Shown in pieces: positions 60,032 to 64,000 of a stretch of DNA of 64,000 bases. The notes below the pieces were generated by a model that was given only the letters and a program-made list of their open reading frames with translations, did not search any database and was not told the DNA's origin. Source of the DNA: an uncultured Gammaproteobacteria bacterium (lineage in GTDB: Bacteria; Cyanobacteriota; Vampirovibrionia; JBFMGH01); NCBI GenBank assembly GCA_964517135.1, contig CAZFBA010000006.1, positions 17,447 through 81,446 of the forward strand. Reading direction: 5' to 3'. Position 1 is the stretch's first letter. The number at the start of each line of letters is the position of its first letter. Both the position numbers and the translations under genes were made by a program.

Positions 60032-61777
60032 ATGATGAATCAAAAAGGATTTTCAATGATAATCAGGCAAATAACAACTAAATTCTGTGAGCCTGCCTGT
60101 ATGAAAATAACCTTTTATGGCATATTGCTGGTATTTTTTGCAATTGCTGTATTTATGCTTTATAACTGGCGTCTTGACGAAACAGGGTTTGCTTTCTGGC
60201 CTGATGAAGCAGCTATTGGCTTTGAAGCATATAATATTGCTGTTAGCTTGAAAGACAGTAACGGTCAATCTATGCCACTTTATTTTAACTATCACAACGA
60301 TTTTATCTTCAGACCTCCTGTATTTATCTATGCTTCTGCAATTGTAACCAAGTTTTTAGGGCTCAGTATTTATACAACAAAGCTTACAGGTATTTTATTT
60401 GCTGTAATGGCTTCAATTATGCTTTTTTTAGTCACACGTTATGCTTTCAATCTTACTGCTGCCATTTTTGCAACATTATTTATGGTCTTAAGCCCTGGAT
60501 ACTTTCATATACATAGAATGGCCTTTGAATTAACGTCTTTTAATACTTTTTTTCTGGGGTATATTCTTTTTACCATGCTGGCTATAAAGAAAAACAAGTA
60601 TATTTTCAGCTTTCCGGCATTTTTATGCTTTGTACTGGCATGGTATTCATATGTTCCTTCCCGGATATTTATGGTTAGCTTTGTATTTTTAGCCTGTATT
60701 ACTTTAATACCTGTTGTTATTCAAAAATTTAACACCTGTAAAGATCTAATATTGTCTAAAAAATCAGGTCTTCTGATGATACTTTTCGCTTTATTAGTCT
60801 TTATACCTGAAGCTTTAATGCTTAATAAATTTTCTAATGCCAGTTATACAAAGCATGCCCTGATTTTCAATAAAGATATGTTTCATATTAACAACTTAAT
60901 CTATGAACGATTACCTGTTATTGACTTATTAATAATAGATTTACCATTATTTATCAAGAAAATGCTTTTAATGTTTTACAATTACTACACTTGCTATATG
61001 CCTTCATTCCTTTTTTTTGAAGGAGACGGGCATATTCTTAATCTTATACCCGGTTATGGTTTTCTTTCAGTTGCAGGTGTCATCCTTATACCTGCCGGAA
61101 TAGCTTTTTCAATAATCAAATTTAAAGACATTCACTACAGGCTCTTATTTATAGCTCTTTTATGTGCTGGTATTCCTTCTACTTTGATGTGGGTCCTGCC
61201 TGATGGAACTCATAACTCTTATATGTACAGTGTTTTTTCTATTCTTTCAGGCTGCGGAGCTTATTTTATAATATCTCTGTTCTCCAAAATAAACCATAAC
61301 GCTATTAAAGCATCCCTTGTATCAATTATAACCCTTATAATTCTTTTTTCGATGGCAAAACCATTCATTACATACTATAAAAGCTATCACAGCGACTATA
61401 AAAACAACTACAGCCATGTCTTAAACACTAATAGAGATCAAATAGCATGTTATATACTTGAAAATCACCATAAATACAAAAAAGTACTGGTTTCTAACCA
61501 GATATGGATGGCTAAAGACTATCTTCTTTATTTTTTTTCCAGTGAAAATGCTATTAATTTGAACGATTATCAAAAAACAAAAAAGCTTCCATTTAATGTA
61601 GAAATGATTAGAAACAGTCTATATGCTGATAACATAGAAAGAGAAAGCATAAAAGACTTTTTTGGTACAAACATACTTATGATTGTTAGTGAAAGCGAAC
61701 TGGCACAATATCAGCCTTCAGCAAAGGCTTTAAGGAATATTAACGGTAATATTTTTTCTTATATAATGGAGTTTTAA
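60032..61777 (+). CDS. Polytopic membrane protein, PMT/ArnT-like (GT39/GT83-like) glycosyltransferase candidate
   Basis: 581 aa with more than ten TM helices. A loop after TM1, YNWRLDETGFAFWPDEAAIGFEAYNIAV, resembles ArnT/PMT-type transferases. The start is uncertain because several in-frame ATGs exist. Confidence 0.45.
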   Translation: MMNQKGFSMIIRQITTKFCEPACMKITFYGILLVFFAIAVFMLYNWRLDETGFAFWPDEAAIGFEAYNIAVSLKDSNGQSMPLYFNYHNDFIFRPPVFIYASAIVTKFLGLSIYTTKLTGILFAVMASIMLFLVTRYAFNLTAAIFATLFMVLSPGYFHIHRMAFELTSFNTFFLGYILFTMLAIKKNKYIFSFPAFLCFVLAWYSYVPSRIFMVSFVFLACITLIPVVIQKFNTCKDLILSKKSGLLMILFALLVFIPEALMLNKFSNASYTKHALIFNKDMFHINNLIYERLPVIDLLIIDLPLFIKKMLLMFYNYYTCYMPSFLFFEGDGHILNLIPGYGFLSVAGVILIPAGIAFSIIKFKDIHYRLLFIALLCAGIPSTLMWVLPDGTHNSYMYSVFSILSGCGAYFIISLFSKINHNAIKASLVSIITLIILFSMAKPFITYYKSYHSDYKNNYSHVLNTNRDQIACYILENHHKYKKVLVSNQIWMAKDYLLYFFSSENAINLNDYQKTKKLPFNVEMIRNSLYADNIERESIKDFFGTNILMIVSESELAQYQPSAKALRNINGNIFSYIMEF

Positions 61778-62628
61778 TGTTTCATATCAGTGTATGGCCT
61801 GTATATTTAATATTGATAGTAAACTTTGTTCTTCCTGTGCAGTTCAGACAAGTGCATGAAACATTTTTTGTTGCTGAATTTACTCCACAGCTGAAACTAA
61901 AGAGTTATGCCCTGTATAATAACGAACCAAGAAGCGCAATAAAACTTTCTAATAACAATTTTCTTACTGGCACCATTGATTATTGCCAGGAAATTGAACC
62001 TCATCCATCCAATAAAGTGTTAAGAACCCTGATTTCAATTGATACCTTTTCAGTTGGAGAGCTTGAAAACAACAAGAGACTAATACTCGATTCAAGAAAA
62101 CTAGCAGAATACAGCCAGACAGGCAAGACCTTAAAAGAATACCTGACTGAAAATAAAACCATACTTGATGCTTTTATACTCAATAATGAAAAAATAATCA
62201 TTAACGATTTTGATAATATTTATTTAATTAACAGAAAAAACAAGGTCTTAAATGAGCAAACTGTACAGGTAGGAAAACTTTCACGGGGTAATAATAACTC
62301 TATTGTTGGCCGTGCAAGTGATAAGAAACGTGTTTACATTATAAACCCCGAAGAGCTGAGCTATAAAACACTCTATTTAAAAGAAAAAGAGGTCGAAAGT
62401 ATTATTCAGCTCGAAGATGACAGGTTTATAGCAATCAGAGATGGCAACAAGTACATCGATTTGTATGACGCCGAATTAAATAAAGTTGCTTCATTCAAGG
62501 CTGACATGTTTTTTAAAACCTTAACAGGCTTGCCAGATGGCAACTTTCTATTAACAGGCAGAAGCATTTTACTGGGAAAACAGCCTAAAATATTTGAAAC
62601 CCCGCCCGAAATACCTGAAAGCTGGTAA
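61777..62628 (+). CDS. Hypothetical protein (283 aa), translationally coupled to the upstream membrane protein
   Basis: A TAATG overlap joins the two genes. It has an N-terminal hydrophobic segment and no recognised motifs. Confidence 0.4.
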   Translation: MFHISVWPVYLILIVNFVLPVQFRQVHETFFVAEFTPQLKLKSYALYNNEPRSAIKLSNNNFLTGTIDYCQEIEPHPSNKVLRTLISIDTFSVGELENNKRLILDSRKLAEYSQTGKTLKEYLTENKTILDAFILNNEKIIINDFDNIYLINRKNKVLNEQTVQVGKLSRGNNNSIVGRASDKKRVYIINPEELSYKTLYLKEKEVESIIQLEDDRFIAIRDGNKYIDLYDAELNKVASFKADMFFKTLTGLPDGNFLLTGRSILLGKQPKIFETPPEIPESW

Positions 62629-62919
62629 TAGTCTAATAGTTACCCTGATAGATTCTTTAACAAAAAAAATCGCCTTTTACAAGGCAAATCTTTAAGGGGA
62701 GGAGGATTCATTCGCTTACATTAATCATTATCGGTTTGATTCGAAAAAACTTTAGGTTAATAAATGTAATTCTTATTTTCGAAAATATTCAAATAAACAG
62801 GTGATAGATGGGGTTGATAGCATATACTAACCAATACATAAGTATTTGTTTTAAACATCATTTCAAAAACTGACTACACTAATTGCAGTAACCTCAAGGC
62901 TTTTTACAGGAAAGGTGTC

Positions 62920-63696
62920 TTATCTGCCTGAGATAATATCACCCAGGACACCTGAAATCTCTGAGCCTCTTCTTACTTCGCCTTCTGAGCGTCTTGAAGC
63001 TGTTATAATTCTATCGGCAACTCTAGAGAAAGGCAGTGTTTGAAGATATACATTACCGGGACCTCTTAAAGTAGCAAAAAATAAGCCTTCTCCACCAAAT
63101 AGAGCATTTTTAAAACCTCCAACAAAGTTAATATCATAATCTACTGTAGGTTCAAAGGCAACCAGACAACCGGTATCCACTTTAAGTGTTTCACCTGCTG
63201 CCAGTCCTTTTCTGATAACAGTTCCACCGGCGTGTATAAATGCAAGACCATCTCCGCTTAACTTCTGTAATATAAAGCCTTCTCCTCCAAAAATGCCGGC
63301 ACCAAGCTTTTTAGTAAAGGCTATACTGATATCGATTCCCCAGGCTGAGCATAGGTAAGCATCTTTCTGACAGAGCAGATCACTTTTTGAGAGGTCAACA
63401 GGTATAATCTTACCCGGATAGGGCGCAGAGAAAGCTACTTTGCCTTTTTGAGATCCTTTATATGTAAAAGCCGTTATAAAGAAGCTTTCGCCTGTAATTG
63501 CTCTTTGTAAACCGCCTAGAAGAGCCTGCCCTAGACCCTGTCCATCTTTTGTAGCTGTTTTAGTTTCCATTTCGACACCATCTGTCATGAACATCATGGC
63601 TCCTGCTTCTGCCATGACAGCTTCTCCTGGATCAAGTCCTATAATAACAGCCTGCATATCATCTCCAACAAGTTGATAATCGATTTCGTGAGCCAT
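62920..63696 (-). CDS. AIM24/TIGR00266 (DUF124) family protein
   Basis: MAHEIDYQLVGDDMQAVIIGLDPGEAVMAEAGAMMFM matches the TIGR00266 N-terminal pattern. A GGAGGA RBS lies 7 nt before the ATG at 63696; the track's upstream ATG at 63711 overlaps this RBS. Confidence 0.7.
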   Translation of the reverse strand: MAHEIDYQLVGDDMQAVIIGLDPGEAVMAEAGAMMFMTDGVEMETKTATKDGQGLGQALLGGLQRAITGESFFITAFTYKGSQKGKVAFSAPYPGKIIPVDLSKSDLLCQKDAYLCSAWGIDISIAFTKKLGAGIFGGEGFILQKLSGDGLAFIHAGGTVIRKGLAAGETLKVDTGCLVAFEPTVDYDINFVGGFKNALFGGEGLFFATLRGPGNVYLQTLPFSRVADRIITASRRSEGEVRRGSEISGVLGDIISGR

Positions 63697-64000
63697 AGTA
63701 AGATCCTCCATAGTTTAATATATCTAAATACAGACGAATAATAAGGTTTAATCTCGCCAGTGTAACACAAAAAAAGCGTGTATAACTCAAAACAAAAACC
63801 TGTTATACAGTCGGGTAGATAAACTGAAAATTAAAATGCTTTGTGAGCAACCATTGTTGCTACAGTAAAATTACCGGCGAAAATCAACCCGTAGCATGCT
63901 ATGATAATTCATACTAAAAGTCTACCATCAGTCATACAGGAGGATATGCTATGATACGTCTCGTTTTTTCAGTTTTAATGTTGGTTGTCTTTGCACTGCC

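Noticed and set aside
1-64000. CRISPR arrays, rRNA/tRNA genes, integrases or transposases
   Set aside because: I found no regularly spaced direct repeats, no rRNA or tRNA-like conserved segments, and no ORFs with DDE or tyrosine-recombinase motifs.

Overview
The window is AT-rich, densely coding chromosomal DNA that looks bacterial. It is probably from a Gram-negative or candidate-phylum organism, because it carries a Wza-like exporter, an alpha-2-macroglobulin and AI-2E transporters. No rRNA, tRNA, CRISPR array or obvious transposase is visible.

The first ~18 kb is an exopolysaccharide biosynthesis locus of the PEP-CTERM/exosortase-associated style. It contains:
- a GT2 glycosyltransferase, an O-antigen-ligase-like membrane protein and a GnT-I-like glycosyltransferase;
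- a polysaccharide deacetylase with the FTVDVEDWYH N-terminus;
- a SAM methyltransferase;
- three GT4 glycosyltransferases;
- a multi-SLBB polysaccharide export protein and a Wzz chain-length determinant;
- embedded in the locus, a B12-binding radical SAM enzyme and a 625-aa protein with an HPr-kinase-type P-loop.

The remainder encodes:
- an orphan family-3 substrate-binding protein plus an aminotransferase;
- a radical SAM/SPASM enzyme translationally coupled to an unknown upstream ORF;
- an SSS symporter;
- a 1375-aa SWIM–SNF2 helicase with a very long K/E-rich linker that contains an AT-hook;
- two tandem AI-2E transporters;
- a YvcK/CofD-like protein;
- a 1683-aa alpha-2-macroglobulin;
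- a tight four-gene operon of an MDR Zn-dehydrogenase, an NPP-type alkaline-phosphatase-superfamily protein, an APS-kinase homolog with a destroyed P-loop, and a second NPP-type protein;
- a 5'-nucleotidase/metallophosphatase, a second aminotransferase, and an EcsC-like protein;
- two large tandem paralogous exported/membrane-anchored proteins;
- an operon of dihydropyrimidinase, a CDP-archaeol-synthase (CarS) homolog, a PPC/DUF296 protein and an MBOAT acyltransferase;
- a PMT/ArnT-like membrane glycosyltransferase and an AIM24/TIGR00266 protein.

The non-coding signals I found are:
- a ~70-bp duplication of the 3' end of a GT4 gene;
- a 24-nt dyad motif present in two intergenic regions;
- two related GC-rich islands that share a TTGAAAATCGAAA end motif;
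- several terminator-like hairpins.

The ORF track uses TTG and GTG as starts, so I moved several gene starts to the most plausible ATG with a ribosome-binding site or signal peptide. All functional calls come from motif and domain recognition by eye, without database searches.
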